A stretch of DNA of 64,000 bases from Rhizobacter sp. GTDB lineage: Bacteria; Pseudomonadota; Gammaproteobacteria; Burkholderiales; Burkholderiaceae_C. The notes beneath the pieces are model-generated. The model had not been told where the DNA came from. It did not search any database and saw nothing but the letters and a program-made list of their open reading frames with translations. A program made the position numbers and the translations under genes. Positions 1-9,322 of the stretch are shown here, piece by piece (the first letter of the stretch is position 1; each line of letters opens with the position of its first letter). Where the stretch lies: positions 1,997 to 65,996 of the forward strand of contig JANXWV010000072.1 of assembly GCA_025350965.1 (NCBI GenBank), in the 5' to 3' direction.

Positions 1-2
1 TG

Positions 3-2312
3 ATGAGATTTTGGTGTGAGCTGCCGTTGCAGCAGGTGAGGCGCCGTGTCACGGCCAGCGTTGCTGCGCTGGCAGTGACGCTGTGCGGCGTGGTGCCGCT
101 GCACGCGGCATCGCCGCAGCCGGCATCCAACATTTCGGCCGACCTGGCGGCAGCTGTCAAATCGGGTGTGGTGCCGGCGGGCATGGTGTGGGGCAGCACG
201 TCCAGCGGGCTGGCGCTGGTGCAGGTGCTGATCGTGGCCACCGGGGCCGACGCCGACATGCCGGCCCTGCGCGCAGCGGTCGTGGCCAACGGCGGTTCGG
301 TGTTCATGCGCTATGCCTCGGTAAGCGCGTTGTCTGCACTGCTGCCGCTGAACCGCGTCACCACGATTGCGGCGCGCGCGGATGTGAGCAGCATCTCGCC
401 GAACCGCAGCACGGCGCGAACCGCCAGCCTGATCGAGACCACGACCGGCACCATCACCGGCACCTCGAGCGGCCCGCGCACCACCACTGGGGGCGTCAAC
501 ACCGGGCTGGACGGCAGCGGCATCGGCATCGCGGTGCTCGACTCCGGCGTCGCCACTTCGCACGCGGCCTTCCTTGGCACCGACGGGCTCAAGAGTCGCG
601 TCAGCCGCTCGGTCGACCTGCTCAAGTACAGCCAGCTTACGGGCCTGGGATCCGCCATGCTGGCCAAGAGCGCCAGCACCACCGACGCGACGGACAGCGC
701 CACCGGCACGAGCGGCTGGACACCCGGCGTCGACCTGTCGGACCCGATGGCGCCGGGCAGTCTGGCCCGCATGGCCTACGAGGGTGCGATCTCTACGAGC
801 GGCCTCAAGACGGCCCATGATCCTTACGGCCACGGTACGCATGTGGCCAGCATCGCCGCGGGGCAAGGCGGCTTTCGCACCCCCGATTCGACCGGCGTGG
901 CCCCGAACGCGACGCTGTTCGACGTGAAGGTCCTCGACGACGCGGGCGGCGGCCAGATGAGCGATGCGCTCGCTGGCATGGACTGGGTGCTGTTCCACGC
1001 CAGGGAGTACAACATCCGGGTGTTGAACGTTAGCCTTGCCGCCGATTCGACCGAGAGCTACCTGACCGACCCGTTGTGCCGCGCCGCGAGAGCGCTCAGC
1101 GCTGCCGGCATCACCGTGGTGGCGGCGGCCGGCAACTTCGGCCGCAGCAGCGCCGGGGCCGAGGTCTACGGCACCATCGGTGCGCCGGGCAACGACCCGA
1201 GCGTGATCACTGTCGGCTCCGACAATGCACGCGGCACCACGGGCCGCAACGACGACGTGGTCAACGGTTTCAGCTCGCGTGGCCCCACACGTGGCGGGTT
1301 CGTCGACAACACCGGCGCTCGCAAGGCCGACAACCTGCTCAAGCCCGACCTGATCGCGCCGGGCAACGCCGTGCTCGGCGCGGCGGCCACCGTCGGCGGC
1401 ACGCTCGACGCGCTGGCAGTCAAGTACCCGACGCTCGCCAGCGGATTCGGCGGTACGTCGCAACCCACCGATCAGGCCCTCAAGCTGCTGTCCGGCACCT
1501 CGGTGGCCGCGCCGGTGGTGGCCGGCGCGGTGGCGCTGATGCTGCAGGCCAACCCCGGCCTGACGCCGCCCCTGGTCAAAGCCATCCTCCAGTACAGCGC
1601 GCAGCCGCTGGCGACGCTCAATTTGCTGCAGCAGGGCGCAGGGCTCGTCAACGTGGCCGGCGCCGTCACGCTGGCCTCGGCGCTGCGCACCGATGTGGCG
1701 GCTGCGATCGCCGCAGGCGCGGTGGCTCCGGGCAGCTCGCTGGTCGCGGCTGGCAGGACGTTCCCGACGCGGGTCTCTTCGACCATCGGTGGTGTCAAGG
1801 CGCCATGGAGCCAACTCGTGATTGCCGGCGGCACCCACGTGCTGAGCGGTCAAGTGCTGACGCGGCACCAGCCCTTCTACGACCCGCGGCTGACCTGGGC
1901 GCGCAACAACCTGCTGCTCAACACCGTGACCTACTGGCCCGCCGCCACCAACGTCGCTGCCAACACCTTCGTCAAAGCCGTGCTCGAAACGCCGCTGGCC
2001 ACGCAGGTGCTCGTCTCGCCGGGGGTGATGCTTGGCGACCTGCTTGTCGGCATCAGCTCGTGGCGCGGCCGCACCGGGGCGTTCACGCCGACCCAGTTGC
2101 TGTCGAGCTGGCTCATCGCGGGCAGCGGGCTGACGCTGGGGCAGGGCATCACGATGTCCCAGGGCCTGACCATGGCCGAAGGCTTGACGATGGCTGAAGG
2201 TCTGACCATGGCCGAAGGCCTGACGATGGCCGAGGGGCTGACGATGGCCGAAGGGCTGACGATGGCCGAAGGCTTGACCATGGCAGAGAACGTCGCACTC
2301 GGCGAACCGTGA
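3..2312 (+). CDS. S8 (subtilisin-like) serine peptidase with signal peptide, propeptide and C-terminal hexapeptide repeats
   Basis: Catalytic triad motifs VLDSG, HGTHVA and GTSVAAP, plus AAAGN (oxyanion Asn) and KPDLIAPG. Hydrophobic N-terminus ending LHA-A. Start is at the window edge (TGATG). Confidence 0.93.
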   Translation: MRFWCELPLQQVRRRVTASVAALAVTLCGVVPLHAASPQPASNISADLAAAVKSGVVPAGMVWGSTSSGLALVQVLIVATGADADMPALRAAVVANGGSVFMRYASVSALSALLPLNRVTTIAARADVSSISPNRSTARTASLIETTTGTITGTSSGPRTTTGGVNTGLDGSGIGIAVLDSGVATSHAAFLGTDGLKSRVSRSVDLLKYSQLTGLGSAMLAKSASTTDATDSATGTSGWTPGVDLSDPMAPGSLARMAYEGAISTSGLKTAHDPYGHGTHVASIAAGQGGFRTPDSTGVAPNATLFDVKVLDDAGGGQMSDALAGMDWVLFHAREYNIRVLNVSLAADSTESYLTDPLCRAARALSAAGITVVAAAGNFGRSSAGAEVYGTIGAPGNDPSVITVGSDNARGTTGRNDDVVNGFSSRGPTRGGFVDNTGARKADNLLKPDLIAPGNAVLGAAATVGGTLDALAVKYPTLASGFGGTSQPTDQALKLLSGTSVAAPVVAGAVALMLQANPGLTPPLVKAILQYSAQPLATLNLLQQGAGLVNVAGAVTLASALRTDVAAAIAAGAVAPGSSLVAAGRTFPTRVSSTIGGVKAPWSQLVIAGGTHVLSGQVLTRHQPFYDPRLTWARNNLLLNTVTYWPAATNVAANTFVKAVLETPLATQVLVSPGVMLGDLLVGISSWRGRTGAFTPTQLLSSWLIAGSGLTLGQGITMSQGLTMAEGLTMAEGLTMAEGLTMAEGLTMAEGLTMAEGLTMAENVALGEP
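2127..2288 (+). repeat. In-frame 18-bp tandem repeat, 9 units: GLTLGQ, GITMSQ, (GLTMAE)x7
   Basis: Read directly. The seven GLTMAE units differ only at synonymous positions. Confidence 0.97.
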
Positions 2313-2394
2313 CGCGAGCTTGCCGCGCCCACCCGGTGTGACGACGCTGCCGACGACGCTTCAGTTCGGCGTAACCGCGGCCGAAACCTACCGC

Positions 2395-5070
2395 ATGCCC
2401 ACCCCGTTGCTCCCGTCACCACCGCTGATCGCAGCGTCGAGTCAGCGCCCGCCGTGGCCGCAGCGCCTGCACGCGAGGCTGATGCCCGACTACAACCGCC
2501 CCGCCACCGTGTTCTGGTGGTTGATGGTGGGCCTCGGCCTGGCGGCCTGCAGCCACTCGATTTTCACGCTGTCGGGCTTGCCAGCGCTCGCGCTGCTGCA
2601 ACTCGCCGGCGGGCTGCTGCTGGTGATGTTGATGGCACTCTTCCCGGTGAAGGTGCCGCGCACGAACCAGGTGTTCTCGATCGGCGACGTGTTCATCTTC
2701 CTGCTGCTGCTGACGCATGGCGCGGCTGCCGGCTGCCTGGCCGCTGCGCTCGAGGCGCTGGTGTCGTCATGGCGCAGCTCGGGGCGCTGGACTACGCGGC
2801 TGGGCAGCACCGGCATCGCCGCCTTCACGATGTGGGCCTGTGGCCAGTGGCTCGCGCCATGGGCCCCCCGCCCGGGCGCCGATTCGCCCTACAACGCTGC
2901 CGCACTGGTGCTTGCCACCATGGCCTTCGGCTTGCTGTACTGCGCCTGCAACGCGGTGCTGATGTCCACCGTGGGCCGCCTCAAGCGCAACGAGCCGGTC
3001 AACCTGTCGGGCTTGGTCACTGTGTTCGGCTGGGTCGGCGGGGCGAGCAGCGGCGCGGCGGCTATCGCGGCACTGCTGTTCATCACCACCCGCCTCGCCG
3101 GCGTGGCGGTGATGCTGACGATCGTGCCCACGCTCGGCCTGCTGCTGAGCACCTTGCACTTCTTCGCGCGCCAGCAAGAATCGGAGCGCGCCGTGCAACA
3201 GGCTGCGGCAGTCGCGCTGGAACGCGACGCGGCACTTGCCGCCAGTCAGGCGCGCGAGCGCGAGGCCGAGCTGGCGGCGCAGCACCTGCGTGAGCTGGAA
3301 GTCTCGGAGCGGCGCTTTCAGGGTGCGTTCACGCGCGCATCCATCGGCATGGCTCTCGTTTCGGTGGATGGGCAGATCCACTTGTGCAACCCGGCCTTGC
3401 GCAGCCTGCTCGCCGACGAGGCGGCCGAACTGGCAGGCCGCACGTTCGCGGACTTCGTCGCCCGCGACGACCGCAAGCGCCTGCATGCCACGCTGGCCGA
3501 GGTGGCACGCGGCAGCGCCGACACCTTGCCGGTTGAGCTGTGCTGCCACCGCGTCGGCGGCGGTGAGGTCTGGGCCAGCATCAGCTGCAGCCTGTTCGCA
3601 CTGCCCGACGCCGACGGGCCGAGCCTGATCCTGCAAATCCAGGACGTCACAGCCCGCCGGCAGGCCGAACTCGAACTGCAGCATCGTGCCTTCCACGACA
3701 AACTCACCGGCCTGCCCAACCGCGAGCGCTTCCATGAAGCGCTGCGGCTCGCGATCGCCCGGGCTGACAGCGGGCCGGGCCGGGCCTTCGCTGTGATGTT
3801 CCTCGACTTCGACCGCTTCAAGCTCATCAACGACAGCAAGGGCCACAGCGTGGGCGACGAGTTCCTGGTGCAGGCCTCGGCGCGCCTGGCGCTCGGCCTG
3901 CGCAGCGGCGACATGCTGGCGCGCCTGGGCGGCGACGAATTTGCGATCCTGGCCGTCGGCCTGCACCGCAACGCCGACGCGATGGACCTCGCCGAGCGCC
4001 TGCTGCTGGCGCTGCGCGAACCGCTGCAACTGGGCACGATGACGGTGACGGCCAGCGCCAGCATCGGCATCACGTTCAGCTCGACCGGGTATGCCCACCC
4101 CGAGGACATGCTGCGCGATGCCGATATCGCCATGTACCGCGCCAAGACCGAAGGGAAGGCGCGCTACGCGTTGTTCGACGCGCACCTGCACACTGAGGTG
4201 GCCGACCGCGTGCGCATGGAGGCAGAGCTGCGTCTCGCCCTGCCGCGGCAGGCGCTGAGCGTGGCCTACCAGCCGCTGGTTGATCTGCGCAGTGGCCGGA
4301 TCAAGGGCTTCGAAGCCTTGAGCCGCTGGACGCACCCCGAGCTTGGCATGGTGAGCCCGGCGGCGTTCATCCCGATCGCGGAAGAGGCGGGCCTGATCAC
4401 GCAGCTGACCGACTCGGTGGTGCGGCAGGCCTGTGCCGCGTTGCGCGGTTGGCAGCGCAGCTTCACCGGCTTCGGCGACTTGAGCGTGCATGTGAACGTG
4501 TCGGCGCGCGACGTGGCCGACCCGGAGTTCGTGTCGCGCATCCGACAGGTGCTGCAGGCCTGCGAGCTGGCGCCCCAACACTTGGTAATCGAGCTAACCG
4601 AGAACATCCTGATGGCGCAGCTCTCCGCCGCGATGGGCACCTTGCAGGCACTGCGCGAGTTGGGCGTCGGCCTGAGCGTGGACGACTTTGGCACCGGCTA
4701 TTCGTCGCTCAGCCACCTCGCGGTGCTGCCGATCGACAGCTTGAAGATCGACATGTCGTTCGTCAAGCCGCTGCGTGCCGGCTCGAAGGAGTCGTCGGTG
4801 GTTCGCGCCATCGTGCTGCTCGGCACGTCGCTCGGCAAGGAAGTGATCGCCGAAGGTGTCGAAACACTGGAGCAACTGGAGCTGCTGCGCGAGCTGGGTT
4901 GCGACTCGGGGCAGGGCTACTACATGTCGAAGCCGCTCGCGGCCGACGGGATCGAGCAGTTGCTGCGCGGACAGCAGGTGTGCCCAGGGTTGCCGGCGCG
5001 GGTGCCCGCGCAGGCTTTGGAACATTTTCAGGGCAGTGCCGCCCGCCCCATCGCCAGCGCCAGCCTGTAA
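2395..5070 (+). CDS. Membrane-anchored PAS-GGDEF-EAL diguanylate cyclase/phosphodiesterase
   Basis: Several N-terminal TM helices, PAS (F..A.IGMALV), DKLTGLPNR, RLGGDEF, FEAL, DDFGTGYSS, EGVE. ATG 2395 is preferred over TTG 2320. Confidence 0.92.
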   Translation: MPTPLLPSPPLIAASSQRPPWPQRLHARLMPDYNRPATVFWWLMVGLGLAACSHSIFTLSGLPALALLQLAGGLLLVMLMALFPVKVPRTNQVFSIGDVFIFLLLLTHGAAAGCLAAALEALVSSWRSSGRWTTRLGSTGIAAFTMWACGQWLAPWAPRPGADSPYNAAALVLATMAFGLLYCACNAVLMSTVGRLKRNEPVNLSGLVTVFGWVGGASSGAAAIAALLFITTRLAGVAVMLTIVPTLGLLLSTLHFFARQQESERAVQQAAAVALERDAALAASQAREREAELAAQHLRELEVSERRFQGAFTRASIGMALVSVDGQIHLCNPALRSLLADEAAELAGRTFADFVARDDRKRLHATLAEVARGSADTLPVELCCHRVGGGEVWASISCSLFALPDADGPSLILQIQDVTARRQAELELQHRAFHDKLTGLPNRERFHEALRLAIARADSGPGRAFAVMFLDFDRFKLINDSKGHSVGDEFLVQASARLALGLRSGDMLARLGGDEFAILAVGLHRNADAMDLAERLLLALREPLQLGTMTVTASASIGITFSSTGYAHPEDMLRDADIAMYRAKTEGKARYALFDAHLHTEVADRVRMEAELRLALPRQALSVAYQPLVDLRSGRIKGFEALSRWTHPELGMVSPAAFIPIAEEAGLITQLTDSVVRQACAALRGWQRSFTGFGDLSVHVNVSARDVADPEFVSRIRQVLQACELAPQHLVIELTENILMAQLSAAMGTLQALRELGVGLSVDDFGTGYSSLSHLAVLPIDSLKIDMSFVKPLRAGSKESSVVRAIVLLGTSLGKEVIAEGVETLEQLELLRELGCDSGQGYYMSKPLAADGIEQLLRGQQVCPGLPARVPAQALEHFQGSAARPIASASL

Positions 5071-5918
5071 GCCTGCGGCGAGTGGCCGGCCCGGCGCGCG
5101 AAGAAGCGCGCGAAGTAGGCCGGGTCGTCGAAGCCGAGGTCGCTGGCCACGTCGCTCACCGGCGCGGCGGTGTGGGCCAGCAGGCGCCGCGCCTCGACCA
5201 CCATGCGCTCGTGCAGCAGGCCCAGCGCCGACAGGCCGCTCACGCTGCGGCAGCTGCGGCTGAGGTGGTCCGGCGTGATGTGCAACTGCGCCGCGTAGAA
5301 GCCCAGCGGCCGGTGGCGCCGCAGGTGCCGCTCGATCAGCGCGCGATAGCGTGCCACCAGCGTGTCGCGCAGCGCACGCTGGTTCTCGGCGGCCGACGGC
5401 GGCGCGGCGCGGCGCAGCAGCCACGTGACGAACAGCACCAGATGCGCCTGCAGGGCTTCGCTGCGGCCGGCCGCGTTGCCCTCGAATTCGGCAGCCAGGC
5501 CGGCGCAAAGTTCGGCGAGGCGCGGCGCCTCGCCTTCGAGCACGTGGCCCTGCACGATGTGCGTGTGGCGCAGCAGCGCGGCCAGCGCGGGCGCGGCGCC
5601 GAACGCCGCTTCGAGTCGCGCCGAGGGCACGGTGACCTGCTGGCCCGCCGTGCTGCGCTGGTAGCGGAAGCCGTGCACGCAGCCCGGCGCGATCATCAGC
5701 ACGGCCGGTGCCGCCACGGTGTGCGGCACGTCGTCGAGCGTCACCACCGCCTTGCCTCGGAGCAGGCACTGCAGCTGGTGCAGCCCCTCGTGGCGATGCG
5801 CCGGAATCGTCCATCCGAACTCTTCGCCGCGCAGCGCGATGGGCTCGCAGTGGAGCCAGTCGTCCGGGCGGAAATGGCGCACCTCGCGGAAGGCGACAGC
5901 GAGCGGGGCGGTCTTCAT
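5028..5918 (-). CDS. AraC-family transcriptional regulator (PobR-like, cupin + HTH)
   Basis: LHCEPI..W.IPAHRHEGLHQ N-terminus and LGFDDPAYFARFF C-terminal HTH; divergent from the Bug gene. Confidence 0.9.
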   Translation of the reverse strand: MKTAPLAVAFREVRHFRPDDWLHCEPIALRGEEFGWTIPAHRHEGLHQLQCLLRGKAVVTLDDVPHTVAAPAVLMIAPGCVHGFRYQRSTAGQQVTVPSARLEAAFGAAPALAALLRHTHIVQGHVLEGEAPRLAELCAGLAAEFEGNAAGRSEALQAHLVLFVTWLLRRAAPPSAAENQRALRDTLVARYRALIERHLRRHRPLGFYAAQLHITPDHLSRSCRSVSGLSALGLLHERMVVEARRLLAHTAAPVSDVASDLGFDDPAYFARFFARRAGHSPQAYRLALAMGRAALP

Positions 5919-6026
5919 GGATGCCGGAAATGTACCGGAGCGGTCCGGTTCGTCCATGGTGTTGCCGGCGCGTCGGCCGCAACATCACGATCAGACGGCC
6001 ACACGAGCCGCAGCCAGGAGACAGCC

Positions 6027-7013
6027 ATGATCGTTCGTCGAAGCGTGTTTCACGCGTTGGTCTTGTCGCTCGCCCTCGCCCTCGCGCCCGCCGCGAGCGC
6101 GCTGGCGCAGCCGGCCCAGACGGTGGTGTGGTCGGGCTTCCCGCCCGGCGGCCTGGGCGACCAGGTGTCGCGGCCGCTGATGGAGCGGCTCAAGAACCGT
6201 TACGCCGGAACGCTGATCCTCGACAGCAAGCCCGGCGCCGGCGGCCGCATTGCCGCCGACTACGTGAAGCGCGCCGCACCCGATGGCGCCACGCTGCTGC
6301 AGGTGCCGTCGTCGATCGTCACCGTGTACCCGCACACCTACGGCAAGAAGCTGGGTTACGACCCGATGGTCGACTTCGTGCCTGTGGCCACGCTGGCGGC
6401 CTACACGATATCGATGACGGTGGGCCCGATGGTGCCGCCGGAGGTGAAGACCGTGCAGGACTTCGTGGCCTGGGCCAAGGCCAACCCGAACCTGGCCAAC
6501 TACGGCATCCCGGCACCGGGTTCGTCGCCGCACTTCGTCGGCATGATGTTCGAGCGCGCCTCGGGCCTACCGCTGCGCAGCATCCCGTACAAGGGCGGCG
6601 CGCCGTTGCTGCAGGATTTGATGGGCGGCCAGGTGCCGGTGGCCTTCAACGTCATCAGCGAGGTGCTGCCGCACCTCAAGAGCGGCAAGCTGCGGTCGCT
6701 GGCCGTGGCCAGCCCACAGCGCTGGGCCGCCGCGCCCGATGTGCCGACCTTCACCGAGCTGGGCTACAAGGACATCGTCGTCGTCGAGTTCCTGGGCTGG
6801 TACGCGCCGGCCAGGACACCGCCGCAACTCGTGCGCCAGCTCAACGCGGCGGTGCAAGACGCGATCGGCTCGCCCGAGATGCAGGAGGTGTTCACGCGCA
6901 ACGGGCTGCTGCCCTTGCGCGATTCGCCCGAGGCCATGGCGGCGCGCGTGAAGACCGAACTCACCCGCTGGGGCCCGATCGTCAAGGCCACCGGGTTCAA
7001 CCCGGAAGACTGA
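6027..7013 (+). CDS. Bug/TctC-family tripartite tricarboxylate transporter substrate-binding protein
   Basis: GFPPGG..D, KPGAGG.I, PDG.TLL and PYKGGAP.LQDLMGG motifs; RBS AGGAG before ATG 6027. Confidence 0.92.
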   Translation: MIVRRSVFHALVLSLALALAPAASALAQPAQTVVWSGFPPGGLGDQVSRPLMERLKNRYAGTLILDSKPGAGGRIAADYVKRAAPDGATLLQVPSSIVTVYPHTYGKKLGYDPMVDFVPVATLAAYTISMTVGPMVPPEVKTVQDFVAWAKANPNLANYGIPAPGSSPHFVGMMFERASGLPLRSIPYKGGAPLLQDLMGGQVPVAFNVISEVLPHLKSGKLRSLAVASPQRWAAAPDVPTFTELGYKDIVVVEFLGWYAPARTPPQLVRQLNAAVQDAIGSPEMQEVFTRNGLLPLRDSPEAMAARVKTELTRWGPIVKATGFNPED

Positions 7014-8767
7014 TGCCGACACCCGCCGACGCACCGCTCACCCTGACGGGCGCACAGGCCATCGTGCGCCTGCTCGAGGCCGAGCGCGTGCCGGCGGCCT
7101 TCGGCATCGTCGGCGGCAAGCTGGCGCCTCTGCTGCATGCGCTCTCGCAGTCGAGCATCCCGTTCGTCGGCGTGCGGCATGAAGCGGCCGCACCCATGAT
7201 GGCGGCCGCGGTGTTCGCGAGCACCGGCCGCGTCGCACTCGCCGTGGGCGAGATGGGGCCGGGCGGCCTGAACCTGGCTTCCGGCGCGGGCGTGGCTTTC
7301 AACAACAACCTCGCTGCCCTGCTGATCACCACCAACCAGCACCGGGCCGCGGCCTACCCGCACCGCGGCATGTTCATGGACATGGACACGCGCGCCGTGC
7401 TGGCCCCGCTGACGAAGTGGAACGCGGTGGTGCACGACGCGCGGCGCCTGCCCGAACTCGTGCGCACCGCGTTCCGCGAGGCCCACAGCGGCCGTCCCGG
7501 CCCGGTGCACCTCGACATCCCGCAGGACGTGCTGGCCGAGAAGGCCACGTGGCGTGCCGACGAGTTCGATGCAGCGCCCGAGCGCTATCGCATCACCGGC
7601 GGGCCGCGGCCCGCAGCCGATACTGTGGCCGCCGCCGCAGCGCTGTTGCAGCAGGCCCGCCGGCCGCTGGTGGTGGCCGGCGGCGGCGTGGTGCATGCGG
7701 GTGCCGGTGCCGCGCTGCGCGAGCTTGCCGCGCGCCTGGGCGCGCCGGTGGTGCCCACGCAGATGGCGCTCGGCGTCGTCGCCAGCGACCACCCGGCCTT
7801 CATCGGCCATGGCGGGCTGATCGCCGGTGACGCGGTGCGCCAGGCCTTCGAACGCGCCGACGTGATCGTGGCGATCGGCTGCCGCTTCTCGTCGTGGCTC
7901 TGGGACGAACGCGGCCCGCTCGCACGCCGCGAGCAGGCGCTCGTCAACATCAACATCGACCCCTCGGCGCTCGGCAGCCCGGCGCTGCACGCGGTGGCGA
8001 TGCAGGCCGACGCGAAGCTCGCGCTCGACGACCTGCTGGCGGCACTGCCGAACGCGCCGGGCCGCGCCGAAGCCGAGTGGCTGCCGAGCCTGCGCGCCGT
8101 GCGGGCCGCGTACGACGAACGCCTGTCGGTGATGACCCGTGAAGTGGCCGCAACCATGCACCCGGCTGCGCTCGCCCATGCCGTCGGGCAGGCACTGCCG
8201 CGCGATGCGCTGGCCGTGCTCGACGGCGGCCACACCTCGTTCTGGAGCAACGACCTCACGCCGGTCCACGGCGTGCGCACGCGCTTTCACGACCCCGGCA
8301 TGGCGCACCTTGGTTTCGGCCTGCCGTGGGCGCTGGCGCTGCAGTGGCTGCACCCGGGCCGCACGGTCGTGAACCTCACCGGCGACGGCGCCTTCGGCTT
8401 CACGCTGCAAGAGCTCGACACCGCTCGGCGCCTGCAGTTGCCGGTGCTCAACATCGTCCACAACAACGAGTCGTGGGGCGTGATCCGCCAGGGCCAGCGC
8501 GCCGCACTCGACTTCGAGTTCCACACCTCGCTCGCCGGCACCGACTACGCGGCCATTGCGCGCGGCTTCGGCTGCCACGGCGAGCGCGTGGACGATGCAC
8601 GCGAGATCCCCGCCGCGATCGAGCGCGCGCGTGCGTCGGGCTTGCCGGCGGTGCTCGACTGCCGCACGAGGTTCGTTCCGCACCCGGCAGCGCCGGCGTT
8701 CGGCAGCATGAACCGGTATGGGTTCGGTGCGCTGACGGCCGCAGCGGGCGCAGGCTCGGCCAGCTGA
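7013..8767 (+). CDS. Thiamine pyrophosphate-binding enzyme (acetolactate synthase/benzaldehyde lyase-like)
   Basis: RHE.AA..MA, GPG..N, GRPGPVHLDIP and GDGAFG...NN TPP motif; ATG overlaps the upstream TGA. Confidence 0.92.
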   Translation: MPTPADAPLTLTGAQAIVRLLEAERVPAAFGIVGGKLAPLLHALSQSSIPFVGVRHEAAAPMMAAAVFASTGRVALAVGEMGPGGLNLASGAGVAFNNNLAALLITTNQHRAAAYPHRGMFMDMDTRAVLAPLTKWNAVVHDARRLPELVRTAFREAHSGRPGPVHLDIPQDVLAEKATWRADEFDAAPERYRITGGPRPAADTVAAAAALLQQARRPLVVAGGGVVHAGAGAALRELAARLGAPVVPTQMALGVVASDHPAFIGHGGLIAGDAVRQAFERADVIVAIGCRFSSWLWDERGPLARREQALVNINIDPSALGSPALHAVAMQADAKLALDDLLAALPNAPGRAEAEWLPSLRAVRAAYDERLSVMTREVAATMHPAALAHAVGQALPRDALAVLDGGHTSFWSNDLTPVHGVRTRFHDPGMAHLGFGLPWALALQWLHPGRTVVNLTGDGAFGFTLQELDTARRLQLPVLNIVHNNESWGVIRQGQRAALDFEFHTSLAGTDYAAIARGFGCHGERVDDAREIPAAIERARASGLPAVLDCRTRFVPHPAAPAFGSMNRYGFGALTAAAGAGSAS

Positions 8768-9322
8768 TCGGCGGGAACGGGCCGGACAACGCCGGCAGCC
8801 TGCCGACAGGCGCTCGGGCGCGCGGTTCAAGCCTGCCTGGAGACGGAGTACCGCGTCAGCGCCCCAGCCGCCGCCACGCTGCGAGTCGGCGAGGTCAACA
8901 CCGCCCTCGCCGACCTTCAATTGCAATAGTTGAAAACATCTCTAAATCTCCGATTCAACAAAGCTTGAAACTTCGCACCTGTTGTCAATGAAAGAGACAG
9001 CATGGCCCGTCCAAACCTGATGGGTCTAGCAGGCCGGTTCGAAAGCCTCTGAAGTGCAATCGGCGCACAAGCCCCAGTACGAACTCTGCCGTAGCGAGAA
9101 GCCTATGAGCGCGGTGCCTCAATTGACGTTCCCTTGTCGGCTGCCGCCCGACCCGCGCGGTTTCCACATGGCAAGGACTACCCCCGCGTCCTCCGCGCGA
9201 CCTACGACAACAACCAAGGAACGGGCTGGAATATTCCGAGCCTCAAGACTGGGCCGACGCTCGATGCCCTGTCGACGATCGAGAAGCACCTGTTTGTTCG
9301 TGCCCAGGTGGACCCTCGAGTA

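Noticed and set aside
8770-9320. Lower-GC stretch with short ORFs (9054-9323, 9134-9370)
   Set aside because: No recognisable motif or convincing start; left unannotated.
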